From NCBI GenBank assembly GCA_046331685.1, contig JAXLQI010000007.1, forward strand, positions 1,862 through 65,861: a DNA stretch of 64,000 nt, read 5' to 3'. Positions within the stretch are counted from its first letter, which is position 1. Every line of letters begins with the position of its first letter. The position numbers were made by a program, and so were the translations under genes. The stretch is from Candidatus Micrarchaeia archaeon (GTDB lineage: Archaea; Micrarchaeota; Micrarchaeia; Anstonellales; Bilamarchaeaceae). This document shows, piece after piece, positions 1-8,815 of this stretch. Below the pieces are notes generated by a model that worked only from the letters and a program-made list of their open reading frames with translations, did no database searches and was not told where the DNA came from.

Positions 1-290
1 ACGAACTCCACGAGGGTGGTCTGCCCGGGGGGAAGCTCTTCGCTGATGCCGAAAGCTGAAAGGGCGAAGCCGTGCCTCACGTCGTCTGCAGGCACGGTTA
101 TCCGGATCCGCAAGTGGTCGCCCTTTTTCACACTCAGCATACCTGGATCGAATGAAGAGGAGTTCGCGGTCATGTTGACCTCGACGATCCGCGGCGGACC
201 GGATGGATTCCCGGACGGGCCTGGATCCTGAGGGCGCCCGAAGCAGCCGGAGACAAGAAGGAAGAGAAGGAAGAGGAAGTACCGGCTCAC
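1..290 (-). CDS. Cupredoxin-like lipoprotein, paralog of the downstream gene (3' end cut off by window start)
   Basis: Reverse-strand translation from GTG at 290 gives VSRYFLFLLFLLVSGC (lipobox-like signal) then ...VNMTANSSSFDPGMLSVKKGDHLRIRITVPADDVRHGFALSAFGISEELPPGQTTLVEF. This is collinear with the cupredoxin domain of the 287..655 gene. The GTG start overlaps the TGA stop of that gene (GTGA coupling). Confidence 0.5.
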   Translation of the reverse strand, partial: MSRYFLFLLFLLVSGCFGRPQDPGPSGNPSGPPRIVEVNMTANSSSFDPGMLSVKKGDHLRIRITVPADDVRHGFALSAFGISEELPPGQTTLVEF

Positions 291-655
291 TTGACGATCA
301 GCGTGCCTTTGACGTCCCCGTGGCCTGAGCCGCAGAACACCGAGCACCGGAATTCGAAGGTCCCGGCCTTGTCGGCATCGAACTCGACCACGGCGGTCTT
401 GCCAGCCGGGATCTGCGCGTTCACGTTGAAATCAGGGAGCGAGAATCCGTGGGCGACATCGAGGCTCGTGATCGTGAGCTTCACGTGGTCCCCCTTCTGG
501 ACGTTGATGACAGACGGCGAATACCCGAACTGCTTGACTGTCATGTTTATCTCGACAGTCTTGCCCGAAGACGTCCCGTTCACCGGCTTCGTCGGGGCCC
601 CGGAACACCCGAAGAGCAGGAGGCCCGCGACCAGAATCATTATCAACAATCTCAT
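287..655 (-). CDS. Cupredoxin-like domain lipoprotein with a CuA-like Cys/His motif
   Basis: The internal Met start gives MRLLIMILVAGLLLFGCSG, a signal peptide with lipobox. The C-terminus reads FRCSVFCGSGHGDVKGTLIV (C-x3-C-x3-H), resembling the copper-binding loop of cytochrome oxidase subunit II and nitrous-oxide-reductase cupredoxins. Confidence 0.6.
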   Translation of the reverse strand: MRLLIMILVAGLLLFGCSGAPTKPVNGTSSGKTVEINMTVKQFGYSPSVINVQKGDHVKLTITSLDVAHGFSLPDFNVNAQIPAGKTAVVEFDADKAGTFEFRCSVFCGSGHGDVKGTLIVK

Positions 656-696
656 ATTATCACCGATTTCAGGACAAACATGCCAGGAATAAATAG

Positions 697-1656
697 CTAT
701 CTGAACGGCCGCGCGTTCCGCCGGAGCGGCCTCATGCCGGAGGATATGAGCGCGGATTCGATGCTCTCCATCTCGCGGCCGTCCATGGCCGCGCACATGT
801 CGGCCTCGACCAGGACCGCCGGGTATGCATAGCTGTCGCTGATCGCGGAGAGGGCATATATCGCTTCCGCGACGGCCGGGATGTCCTCTCCAAGCGTCTC
901 TACCCGTATCGGGAGATCATGCTCCGAGGCTTTGATGTAGAAGACCGATACGCCGGCCGCCAGGCCGGCTATGTCCTTTGCCGGCTTGTCCTCGGCATAA
1001 GGCACCTGGGTGGTCCTCTCCCCGGCCTCGAGCAGGTATTCGCAGAGGAGGGTGTCGGAAACAGTGAATCCGAGATCGCGGGAGATCTTCTTCGAACGCG
1101 AGTCCTTGATGACGCCGCACAGGACGCATTGGATCGCGCCGCAGGCTTCCCGGAGCTTGCCATGGAGGGAGATGACCTCGGAATAGAGAGAGTTGAGGAT
1201 GCTGCCCTCGGGCGGGCGGTCTGATGGCAGGGGGAGGAGCGATCCGTCTAGCAGGAGATACCCGGGCTTGAATCTTTCTACGGCGGATACCGCGCACGCG
1301 AGCTCGTCGCGCAGACGGACCAGGGACCGGAACACCGCTGATTCGTGCTCGTCGAGGGAGTCCATGATCTCTACCCGCGGCTCGGGGGATTTCCGCGGGT
1401 GGTAGGAGAACGACCGGATCCGCGAACCCTCATAGACGAAATTGACCGAGACCGACCGGACCAGCACGATATCCGCCCCGTGCATCCGCTGGGACAGGAG
1501 GCCACCGTCCACCGCGCAGACCGAAAACGAAGGGGAGGACTTCGTGACGGCATGCACCAGGCCCGGGCTGGATGCCCTCTTCGCTTTGGCCTTCAGCTCC
1601 AGCTCGTGGTATGCCAGCCGGATGCGCTTCGCCAGTAGGCCTATGTCATCCTGCAT
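697..1656 (-). CDS. NurA-like nuclease domain protein
   Basis: Motifs VCAVDGG...ADIVLVRSVSV and LLLDGSLLPLP resemble the NurA 5'-3' nuclease Asp-containing motifs. There is no adjacent herA/mre11/rad50. Confidence 0.4.
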   Translation of the reverse strand: MQDDIGLLAKRIRLAYHELELKAKAKRASSPGLVHAVTKSSPSFSVCAVDGGLLSQRMHGADIVLVRSVSVNFVYEGSRIRSFSYHPRKSPEPRVEIMDSLDEHESAVFRSLVRLRDELACAVSAVERFKPGYLLLDGSLLPLPSDRPPEGSILNSLYSEVISLHGKLREACGAIQCVLCGVIKDSRSKKISRDLGFTVSDTLLCEYLLEAGERTTQVPYAEDKPAKDIAGLAAGVSVFYIKASEHDLPIRVETLGEDIPAVAEAIYALSAISDSYAYPAVLVEADMCAAMDGREMESIESALISSGMRPLRRNARPFR

Positions 1657-1706
1657 GCTTAGAGTCGTCAGAGAAAATATTTTAACTGTGCGGAGGATAT
1701 TGAGCC

Positions 1707-2222
1707 ATGATCCTCTCAGACAAGGACATCCGGAAGATGCTCAAAGAAGGGAAGATGAAGATCGCGCCGCTCTCAGACGACCAGATCGGCCCGGCCAGCG
1801 TCGACCTGACCCTCAGCGACGAATGGTATTTCTTCAAGGACGAGTACTCGCGCAAGATAGTCGACCTTAGCAGGATCGGGTTCGACGAGGCTTTCGAGCT
1901 GAAGAGGGGCCCGGAGATCACCCTCAAGCCCGGGGAGCTTTGCCTCGGCAAGACCGCCGAGAGGATCACGCTGCCCGCCGATGTGATGGGGAAGCTGGAG
2001 GGCAGGAGCAGGTTCGCCAGGATGGGCCTGATAATTCACACTACAAGCGCGCTCGTGCAGCCAGGGAGCGACAACCGCCAGATACTGGAGATAGTAAACC
2101 TCGCCCCGTTCCCCATAAAACTCCATGCCGGGATGAGGGTGTCGCAGGTGCTTTTCGAGATGCTCAATACCCCGACCAGCAAGCCATATGCGAAGTTCGG
2201 CCAGATAGCGACGAAGCAATGA
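1707..2222 (+). CDS. dcd: dCTP deaminase
   Basis: 171 aa. Sequence MILSDKDIRKMLKEGKMKIAP...GPASVDLTL...RSRFARMGL is typical of Dcd/dUTPase-fold dCTP deaminases. Confidence 0.85.
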   Translation: MILSDKDIRKMLKEGKMKIAPLSDDQIGPASVDLTLSDEWYFFKDEYSRKIVDLSRIGFDEAFELKRGPEITLKPGELCLGKTAERITLPADVMGKLEGRSRFARMGLIIHTTSALVQPGSDNRQILEIVNLAPFPIKLHAGMRVSQVLFEMLNTPTSKPYAKFGQIATKQ

Positions 2223-2801
2223 TCATTTCGCCGGAGGCTTCTTTTTTGGTTTACCAACGGGGGGCGCGGATGGAATCGAAGGCGGAACCTTGACTTCAGG
2301 CGCTTGAACAGTTTGGGGAGGAGGGGGCAGGCTGTCCTTGTAGACGACGAAAGTCCCTGCGATCTTGTCGTGGAGGCCCTGCTTCCTGGCATCGAAGACG
2401 ATCAGCAGGTAGCCTATGTAGATGGTGAGCCTGTTGAGGATTATCTTCCCGACTATCTCCCGAAGGAGCGCCTTCTTCCAGCCGATGGGATAGCTGGAGT
2501 CCTCATCCACGACAATGAGGCCGAGGGCCTGCTTGCCAAACGTCGCTCCGCGCGTTGCTATGAAAAAAGGCTGATAGAGGAAGACCGCGACCAAAGCGAG
2601 CAGAGTGAGGATCCCCGCGGCGGCGTCCGGAAGGACGCCTGGCAGGAGAACCCCGCTGATGAGCCCCACGGTGAAGACGATGAGGAGGAGCATGGAGACC
2701 ATGACGATCTCGTCTATGATCTCGGCGGCGAGCCTCCGCCAGAACCCGCCGTAGCGCACCGAAACGGTTTTCTGTGGTTCGGCCATAGATATTATATGCA
2801 C
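2223..2801 (-). CDS. RDD-family membrane protein with Pro/Lys-rich C-terminal tail
   Basis: The arrangement is RR (YGGFWRRLAAEIID), TM helices, then conserved D residues (FDARKQGLHDKIAGT), ending in PPPPQTVQAPEVKVPP...KPKKKPPAK. Confidence 0.55.
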   Translation of the reverse strand: MHIISMAEPQKTVSVRYGGFWRRLAAEIIDEIVMVSMLLLIVFTVGLISGVLLPGVLPDAAAGILTLLALVAVFLYQPFFIATRGATFGKQALGLIVVDEDSSYPIGWKKALLREIVGKIILNRLTIYIGYLLIVFDARKQGLHDKIAGTFVVYKDSLPPPPQTVQAPEVKVPPSIPSAPPVGKPKKKPPAK

Positions 2802-2817
2802 TGTAAAGCATTATAGG

Positions 2818-3465
2818 ATGCAGTCACTCTCCAGGAAACGGGATCCCATGGACTTTTCGCTCATAAAAAACAACGTAGTGGTGGTCGCGACGGTAGCGGT
2901 GCTCATCGGGATGGTGCTGCTCTCGTCCTCCCTATTCCGCTCCGGCCTCGAGAACCCGAAGATCTTCTTCAAGGAGGACCCTATAGACAAGAACGCCCAG
3001 CTCCAGATCAGGCCCGGAGAGCAGTACCGCTACTCCTATATTTTCAACAACACGAGCGCGAACATCACATACCTTACTTACAGCGGCCCGGGCTGCGTGG
3101 GGGTGAAGATCTTCGAGAACAGGAACGCGACCGGCGCCTGCCTCGACAGCCGGGGCAACGATGCCGGGGGTTACAACAGCAGCCTGGAGGACCCTACGAT
3201 ACTCTTCTTCAAGCCCTGGATGCTGGCGCTCAAGGAAGGATGGAAGTGGAAAAGCTCAATGTACCTTTATTACGGGACGACCGGCCAGCTCGTCTCGGAC
3301 AATGAATACCGCGTCATAAGGAGGGAGGCCGTCGGGAACCGTAGCGCGTTCCTCGTCGAGATAAAATCCTCGAGCGGGCCGATAGAATACGACTGGGTGG
3401 ATGCCGAGAAAAGGGTTCTGGTAAGGATAGAGGGGAAAGATTACGAAGTGCAAAGGCTTGATTAG
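2818..3465 (+). CDS. Hypothetical N-terminally anchored protein with several NxS/T sites
   Basis: N-terminal TM segment VVVVATVAVLIGMVLLSSS. No recognisable catalytic motif. Confidence 0.4.
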   Translation: MQSLSRKRDPMDFSLIKNNVVVVATVAVLIGMVLLSSSLFRSGLENPKIFFKEDPIDKNAQLQIRPGEQYRYSYIFNNTSANITYLTYSGPGCVGVKIFENRNATGACLDSRGNDAGGYNSSLEDPTILFFKPWMLALKEGWKWKSSMYLYYGTTGQLVSDNEYRVIRREAVGNRSAFLVEIKSSSGPIEYDWVDAEKRVLVRIEGKDYEVQRLD

Positions 3466-3635
3466 GCTGCCCGGAGCACCCTGAGGGGGATTATCCCTTT
3501 CTCGAGCTCAACTTCGGCTATCTGGATGAAGCTGGAGTGCTCGTCGTCGACCTTGATAAGCGGCGGAGCGCCCATAGAAAGCTGGAGGGCCCGAGCCCCG
3601 ATAAGCCGTGCGACCTCGTATTTGGTAAGTTCCAT
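3462..3635 (-). CDS. rpoK: DNA-directed RNA polymerase subunit K (Rpo6/omega-like)
   Basis: 57-aa ORF below the track's 60-aa cutoff: MELTKYEVARLIGARALQLSMGAPPLIKVDDEHSSFIQIAEVELEKGIIPLRVLRAA. The (Y/F)E.AR.IG.RALQ.S.GAP core is the RpoK/Rpb6 signature. A GGTGG ribosome-binding site lies 5 nt upstream of the ATG. Confidence 0.6.
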   Translation of the reverse strand: MELTKYEVARLIGARALQLSMGAPPLIKVDDEHSSFIQIAEVELEKGIIPLRVLRAA

Positions 3636-3712
3636 GATTCCACCTGGTGAAAAGCAGTTATTGATATTCCCCTAACGTCCTTTAAAAGGTTCACTTTGGA
3701 CGGGCCCGGCGC

Positions 3713-4906
3713 CTAAAGCACGACATACACGTGCCCTTTCTTGCCTATCGAGAGAGCGGTCTCGCCCGAGAAATCGAAAGTCTTCGCCTGCCCCAGGACG
3801 ACCTTTATCCTCATCCCGGGCTTTATGCCCACCCCCCGCTCCTCGAAAAGATAGACGACGCCCTCGTTCCCGGTCTCGTCATTCACGATGAGCCTGGTGT
3901 AGGTCCCTTTCTGTTTTTTCGTCTTCTGGTATTCGGAATTGTCCGCGCTTTTGACTATGAGCAGGTCCGTGTTTATGTTCCTCATGCCGTCTTTTATCTT
4001 CGTGATGTTCGTGATCTTCTGCTCCTTGAAGCGCTTCTTGGCGAGACGGAACGCGAGGCCGATCTCCCGGCGGGCGTCCTCGATCATGCGGTTCATCTCC
4101 TGCCTCATGATGTCCTCATCCCCGTTAGAGAGCATCATCGCCTCGTACGCTTTCTTGAAGAATGTGTCCGGGAGATGCCCGATCTCCTCGCGCTCCTTCA
4201 TCTCCTCAAGCTCCTGGAGCTCCAGATCGGCGATCTCGCTCGAGACTTTGTCGAGCTCGGCGGGCTTCCCCACGGTCTCCAATTCATGGACTGCGACATG
4301 CTCCTCGCGGGGCGGGCCGCCGGAGGCCGCCGGGGGCACCTCGGAAAGCGACGGGCCCGGGGTCTGGCCGTTGCCGATGCTGTCGAGATCGGACATCACT
4401 TCGAGATAATTGGTGAGGAACTCCTGCATCACCTTGCGGTTCTCCTCATGCTTCTTCTTGACTGTGCCTGCCTGCTGGCTTGCCTTCAGGTAGACCTTCT
4501 CTATCGAAGGCATGAGCTTGGATTTTGCCATCTCGGCCTTCTCCTTGCCGAGGCGTTTCTCGAATATCTGGGTGATCGGGCGGAGCATCTTCTCCTTGGC
4601 ATCCGTCTGCTGCTGGGCGGTCTCCTCCTCCTTCTTCCCATCTGAGAATATATTGGCGAACGACATGAGCTCGGGTTCGGTCTGCCTCTTCTTCTCCAAG
4701 AACTGCTGGGCGACATCCCGGACGGACGGATCCTTGTCGTATGTCAGCTCCACTAGTGCGAAGACAGCGGCCGGGTCGTCGATCTGCCCCAATGCCCGCG
4801 CAGCATCCTTTCGGACTTCGGGCTTCTCATCGAACGTGAGGGAGACTAGCTTGTTTATATTGACGGACGCCTGCTCCATTGAGATCGCTCCTGATATTCC
4901 ACTCAA
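3713..4906 (-). CDS. HEAT/PBS-lyase-repeat protein with charged coiled-coil middle and beta-rich C-terminal domain
   Basis: N-terminal EVRKDAARALGQIDDPAAVFALVELTYDKDPSVRDVAQ is HEAT-like. A long K/E-rich region follows. Confidence 0.45.
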   Translation of the reverse strand: MSGISGAISMEQASVNINKLVSLTFDEKPEVRKDAARALGQIDDPAAVFALVELTYDKDPSVRDVAQQFLEKKRQTEPELMSFANIFSDGKKEEETAQQQTDAKEKMLRPITQIFEKRLGKEKAEMAKSKLMPSIEKVYLKASQQAGTVKKKHEENRKVMQEFLTNYLEVMSDLDSIGNGQTPGPSLSEVPPAASGGPPREEHVAVHELETVGKPAELDKVSSEIADLELQELEEMKEREEIGHLPDTFFKKAYEAMMLSNGDEDIMRQEMNRMIEDARREIGLAFRLAKKRFKEQKITNITKIKDGMRNINTDLLIVKSADNSEYQKTKKQKGTYTRLIVNDETGNEGVVYLFEERGVGIKPGMRIKVVLGQAKTFDFSGETALSIGKKGHVYVVL

Positions 4907-4930
4907 CCTATTTAATGATTTCCCGCTCCT

Positions 4931-6001
4931 TTACGATTTTCGTATCTTCTCTATCGCATCGAGGCACATCTCGATGTCCTTCATATCGAAGTTCCCCATA
5001 TGGGCGATCCGCAGGCCGGTGTCCTTGAACTTGCCGCGCGAGCCGACTATCTTGATCCCTTGCGCCGAGAGCTTCGCCTTGATGCCCTTCGCCTCCTCCC
5101 CGTTCCTGCAGGCGAAGCCGGTCACCGTGCTGGACTCGAACCCTTTCTCGGCTATGAGCGGGAACCCCATCCTGGCAAGGCGGTCGCGGGTGTATGCCGC
5201 TGCATCGGAATGGCGTTTCACAGCCGCCGCAATGCCCCCTTTCCGATCAAGGACGTCGAAGGCCTTCTGGAGCGCCCAGAACAAGGATATGGCAGGGGTG
5301 TTAGGGGTCTGCTGGTCCTGCTCGAACCGTTTCTTGTGCCTGCGCAGATCGCAGTAATAGCTCGGTATGCTCGGGCGTTTCGAGTAGCGTTCAACCGCCT
5401 CGCGGCTTAGGCCGATCATAGCCATGCCTGGAGGGGCCGCGATCCCCTTCTGGCTCCCTGTCACGAATGCATCGACATGGAATCCCGGCATGCTGAATTC
5501 GGTCCCTGGCCAGGCGGATATCCCGTCGATTATGGTCAGCATCCCTTTGGATTTGGCGTATCCGCATATCTCCATGATATGGTTGCGCACCCCCATGCTC
5601 GTCTCGTTGTAGACCATGGCGAGCACGCTTGCCCGGCTCGAATCAATATGCGCCTTCGCCCTCTCGAGATCCCAGCCCTTCCCGCTCTCGAGCGGGTGCT
5701 CTATGGCATCGGCATAGACTTTCACGGTGGTCGCAAGATGCTCCCCGAATTCCCCGTTGTGGAAGCACACCACCCGTTCTCCCTTTTCGCAGAGGTTGAG
5801 GATGAGGGTCTCGAGGCCGAGGGCGCCAGAGCCTGTGAGGACATAGGACTCCTCTGACTGGAAGTAGGCTTTGAGCCTGGACACAAGGTCCCCGTAAAGC
5901 TTGGTGAAATCACCGCTCCGGTGGGTGATCATCTCCTTGCACTGGGCTTTCGATATCTCGTCCAAAACCGGGACCGGACCGGGAGCTAAGAGTATTGCCA
6001 T
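4931..6001 (-). CDS. Class V aminotransferase (serine-pyruvate / alanine-glyoxylate type)
   Basis: 356 aa. SQKGIAAPPGMAMIG carries the PLP-lysine motif (SxK). Overall collinear with AGXT-family enzymes. Confidence 0.75.
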   Translation of the reverse strand: MAILLAPGPVPVLDEISKAQCKEMITHRSGDFTKLYGDLVSRLKAYFQSEESYVLTGSGALGLETLILNLCEKGERVVCFHNGEFGEHLATTVKVYADAIEHPLESGKGWDLERAKAHIDSSRASVLAMVYNETSMGVRNHIMEICGYAKSKGMLTIIDGISAWPGTEFSMPGFHVDAFVTGSQKGIAAPPGMAMIGLSREAVERYSKRPSIPSYYCDLRRHKKRFEQDQQTPNTPAISLFWALQKAFDVLDRKGGIAAAVKRHSDAAAYTRDRLARMGFPLIAEKGFESSTVTGFACRNGEEAKGIKAKLSAQGIKIVGSRGKFKDTGLRIAHMGNFDMKDIEMCLDAIEKIRKS

Positions 6002-6032
6002 GAATCCATATGCAGGGAAAAGCGTAAAAAGC

Positions 6033-6431
6033 TCACCAGCCGCGGAGGCTGAGCTGGATCCGCGAGAGGAAAGAGCGGCTTTTTCCGAGGATGGCGCGCT
6101 TCACCTTCTCCTTGCCCCTGGCCTGATAGAGATACTCATACCCCCCGCCCTCGCGGTTGCGCTGGCTGCGATCTGCGAGGCTTTTCTCCACAAGACGGAG
6201 CAGGGCCCGCTGGACCACCGACCGGTCCCGCCCGGTCAGCGACGATATCCCTGAGACCGGCAGCGGATCGCCGCTCTCCAGGAGGGTCATCAATACCGAA
6301 GCCTCGCGCTTCGAGAGCCCGAAAGAGCAGCGGAGCAGATCCCCGACGGAGAGGTCTATGCATGTCATATCTATGTCCATGAACATCACCGGCTGTGCAA
6401 CTTCTTTTGATAAACGCATTACACGCTCCAT
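6033..6431 (-). CDS. Winged-helix transcriptional regulator (TrmB/MarR-like)
   Basis: 132 aa. LSKREASVLMTLLESGDPLPVSGISSLTGRDRSVVQRALLRLVEKSLA is an HTH. It is divergent to the glutaredoxin genes with a palindrome between them. Confidence 0.5.
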   Translation of the reverse strand: MERVMRLSKEVAQPVMFMDIDMTCIDLSVGDLLRCSFGLSKREASVLMTLLESGDPLPVSGISSLTGRDRSVVQRALLRLVEKSLADRSQRNREGGGYEYLYQARGKEKVKRAILGKSRSFLSRIQLSLRGW

Positions 6432-6446
6432 TTTTTAAGAACGAGT

Positions 6447-6463
6447 GTGCAAATTATTTGCAC
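6447..6463. promoter_or_regulatory. Perfect 8-1-8 inverted repeat GTGCAAAT-T-ATTTGCAC between the divergent regulator and the glutaredoxin genes
   Basis: Reads directly as a palindrome. TTTTTTAAGA (6431..6440) lies just upstream. Confidence 0.45.
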
Positions 6464-6474
6464 AGGTGAATGAA

Positions 6475-6765
6475 ATGCCGGAAGATGGAAAAATGGACCC
6501 AACGAAAGCGGCGAACGTCATCGTCTATTCCACCCCGACCTGCCCGTATTGCGTGATGGCGAAATCCTATCTCAAGAGCAGGGGGGTGAGATACGAGGAT
6601 GTCGATGTCTCGCTGGACCGCGGCCGTGCCATGGAGATGATACGCGCGAGCGGGCAGCAGGGCGTGCCGGTGATAGTGATCGGAGGGAGGGTGATCGTGG
6701 GGTTCGACCGACCAGGGATAGACCATGCGCTCACGCTGCCGCCGATCGGGAAAACCGCGCCCTGA
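6475..6765 (+). CDS. Glutaredoxin (CPYC)
   Basis: VIVYSTPTCPYCVMAKSYL...GVPVIVIGGRVIVGF. ATG at 6475 chosen; the ORF-track start at 6445 is a GTG inside the palindrome. Confidence 0.75.
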   Translation: MPEDGKMDPTKAANVIVYSTPTCPYCVMAKSYLKSRGVRYEDVDVSLDRGRAMEMIRASGQQGVPVIVIGGRVIVGFDRPGIDHALTLPPIGKTAP

Positions 6766-6833
6766 TGCTGCCGGCCCCCGGACCCTGGCTTTTTTATTCC
6801 ATTTCATCCAAAAGATATAATGAGGTTTTGTGA

Positions 6834-7142
6834 TTGAGCTCCGAGAAACAGACAGAAGTGTTGGTTTTCACCACGCCGGACTGCCCGTATTGCGCGAAGG
6901 CCAAGGAGTACCTTGCCGCGAAGGGAGTGCCCTTCAGCGAAGCTGACGTATCGAATAACAGGAACAACGCGCAGGAGATGGCCCGCATCAGCGGCCAGAA
7001 CGCGATACCGGTGCTGATCATCAAGGGCAGGGTGGTCGTCGGATTCAACAAGGACCTCATCGACGATGCGCTCGAACGGTCCCCGCTGCCGCGGCGCGAT
7101 GTCTTCATGACGAACATCATCTTCGACCCGTTCGACACCTAG
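6834..7142 (+). CDS. Glutaredoxin (CPYC), second tandem copy
   Basis: VLVFTTPDCPYCAKAKEYL...AIPVLIIKGRVVVGF. TTG start at 6834 per ORF track; an in-frame GTG a few codons downstream is an alternative start. Confidence 0.7.
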   Translation: MSSEKQTEVLVFTTPDCPYCAKAKEYLAAKGVPFSEADVSNNRNNAQEMARISGQNAIPVLIIKGRVVVGFNKDLIDDALERSPLPRRDVFMTNIIFDPFDT

Positions 7143-7180
7143 GCGCTTATCCTCGGAGAGATCCGGCCCAAAAACAGGTC

Positions 7181-7978
7181 TCAATAGATGACGATGACAG
7201 GCTCATAGTATTTCCTTACATTGCCCCCATAGATCCGGGAGTCGAGCATCCTGCTGAGCTCAGCGCTCGCCTCTTCCCTGGAGCGGTGGAGCCAGCCGAG
7301 CTTCATATTGAGCCTGATGATGCGCCCCGGTATCAGGTGGCGGGTGGATTTGGGAGGCAGAGGCGTGTGGGCCTGCGCGGTCTTGATTATCTCCTCCTTG
7401 GTGTATGAGCGCCTGAAGAAGACGGTCTTCCCGTTCCCGAGCCGTTTCTGTATCTCCTCCTCGGGGGTATATTCAACGACCCCTTTCTCGAGCAAAGAGA
7501 AGATATAGTTCTGCTCCTCGACCATCTCCATCAGCTTGTAGCTGCCCGGGTTGATCAGATGGCATTCCTTATTCTTCCCGACAAGCATGAAGGGGGCTTT
7601 AAGGCTGTTGACAGCCTCGACACCTGCGGCATATTCGACCTTCTCGTGCTTGAGGGAGTCGAGCTTGAATATCTCCTCGGGCTTCAGGGGGACCGAAGGG
7701 TACCAGGTGCCCACCTTTATCTCATCGCTCTTGTAATCGACTATCTGGCATGTGGCGTTGGGGCATTCGATTATCTCGAGGACCTTGAGGCGGTGGTTGC
7801 CGTCGAGGACGACGCCGGTGTTCTTGTCCACGATCATCGGGTCGACCAGCTGGCCGATATTGAGCATGGCCTCTTTCAGCCGCTTGAGGTTGTGCGAGAT
7901 GACCTGCTCGTGGGATAGAAGCGACTTGACTTCGCGTATCTCGAGGTTTTTTATCAGTTCGTCTGCCAGTTCCGACAT
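7181..7978 (-). CDS. ParB/sulfiredoxin-like nuclease domain protein
   Basis: The N-terminus (VLDGNHRLKVLEII) matches the ParB-like nuclease DGxHR motif. There are no partition-like partner genes nearby. Confidence 0.45.
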   Translation of the reverse strand: MSELADELIKNLEIREVKSLLSHEQVISHNLKRLKEAMLNIGQLVDPMIVDKNTGVVLDGNHRLKVLEIIECPNATCQIVDYKSDEIKVGTWYPSVPLKPEEIFKLDSLKHEKVEYAAGVEAVNSLKAPFMLVGKNKECHLINPGSYKLMEMVEEQNYIFSLLEKGVVEYTPEEEIQKRLGNGKTVFFRRSYTKEEIIKTAQAHTPLPPKSTRHLIPGRIIRLNMKLGWLHRSREEASAELSRMLDSRIYGGNVRKYYEPVIVIY

Positions 7979-8079
7979 GAAAGCACTCTAGTTACAAAAG
8001 TTTAAAAACTATCGGAACTCGGTCTGTCGATTGACGTAATCCCATTTTTCCGCAGCCCGGGCGGACGTTCCGCATTACA

Positions 8080-8095
8080 AGCAGATTTTTATATA
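8080..8095 (+). promoter_or_regulatory. TATA-like element TTTTTATATAG upstream of the 8124 gene
   Basis: About 30 nt upstream of the putative transcription start. Confidence 0.3.
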
Positions 8096-8123
8096 GTTTG
8101 ACACATTATATCCATTGATATTT

Positions 8124-8747
8124 ATGGCACTTCTAGACAGGCTCCTGCTCAGAGGCCCTGATGAGATATCGAGGGCCGAAGCCATGAGGGAGTTCAAACG
8201 CCTCATGCCGAAGAGAGGGAGATTCGGCGAGATGCAGGAAAGCGGCATCACCGGATATTACGACAAGAGGTTCGGGCTGTTCGAGCCTTCGCTCGACAGG
8301 TGGGAGGACGGGCATGCAGACGTATTGAAAGCCAATCCCCAGCTGAGGAGGATAGACGCGCTCACAGACGCGCTGTTCCAGGCAGGGAGGTTCGAGCTCC
8401 GCATGGCCGGGCACATCATCTCGGAAGGAAGCCCCCCCAGATACGAGGGAACGGTCGCCGCCATCAGCGTCGCGGACCGGGCCGGGCTGATGAAGGGGAT
8501 GCTCACCCTGGACATAGGGGGAGAGGTGCGGTTCTCCAAGCTCAGGATAGGCACACATCGAGGATCGGATTTCCTGATAAGGCTGAGCGCGCTCGATCAC
8601 GGAATGGCGCTCGGCCCGAACAGGCCCGTCCCAGGAAGGATCCCTGAGACGATACACGAGCGTGCCGCCGAAGGAAGCGAGGTGTTCCAGACGCTTGCCG
8701 AGACTCTGGCCGGCATCGAGCGGATCCTCCGCGGCAAGGCGCTCTGA
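8124..8747 (+). CDS. Hypothetical protein
   Basis: ATG at 8124, preceded by TTTATATA about 38 nt upstream. The antisense ORF 8133..8867 is R/P-rich and probably spurious. Confidence 0.35.
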   Translation: MALLDRLLLRGPDEISRAEAMREFKRLMPKRGRFGEMQESGITGYYDKRFGLFEPSLDRWEDGHADVLKANPQLRRIDALTDALFQAGRFELRMAGHIISEGSPPRYEGTVAAISVADRAGLMKGMLTLDIGGEVRFSKLRIGTHRGSDFLIRLSALDHGMALGPNRPVPGRIPETIHERAAEGSEVFQTLAETLAGIERILRGKAL

Positions 8748-8815
8748 TAGCGGGGAAATCTGGTGGCCCGCGCATCGCCGATAGAGGCTCCTTGGGCGGG
8801 CAAAGTTAACGGGGA

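Noticed and set aside
2304-2816. 170-aa plus-strand ORF antisense to the RDD gene
   Set aside because: Acidic/Arg-rich low-complexity translation typical of antisense frames in GC-rich DNA; the RDD protein on the opposite strand has coherent TM topology.
4162-4716. Several 70-160-aa Arg/Ser-rich ORFs on both strands inside the HEAT-repeat gene
   Set aside because: Composition and complete overlap with a longer coherent ORF indicate GC-driven spurious frames.
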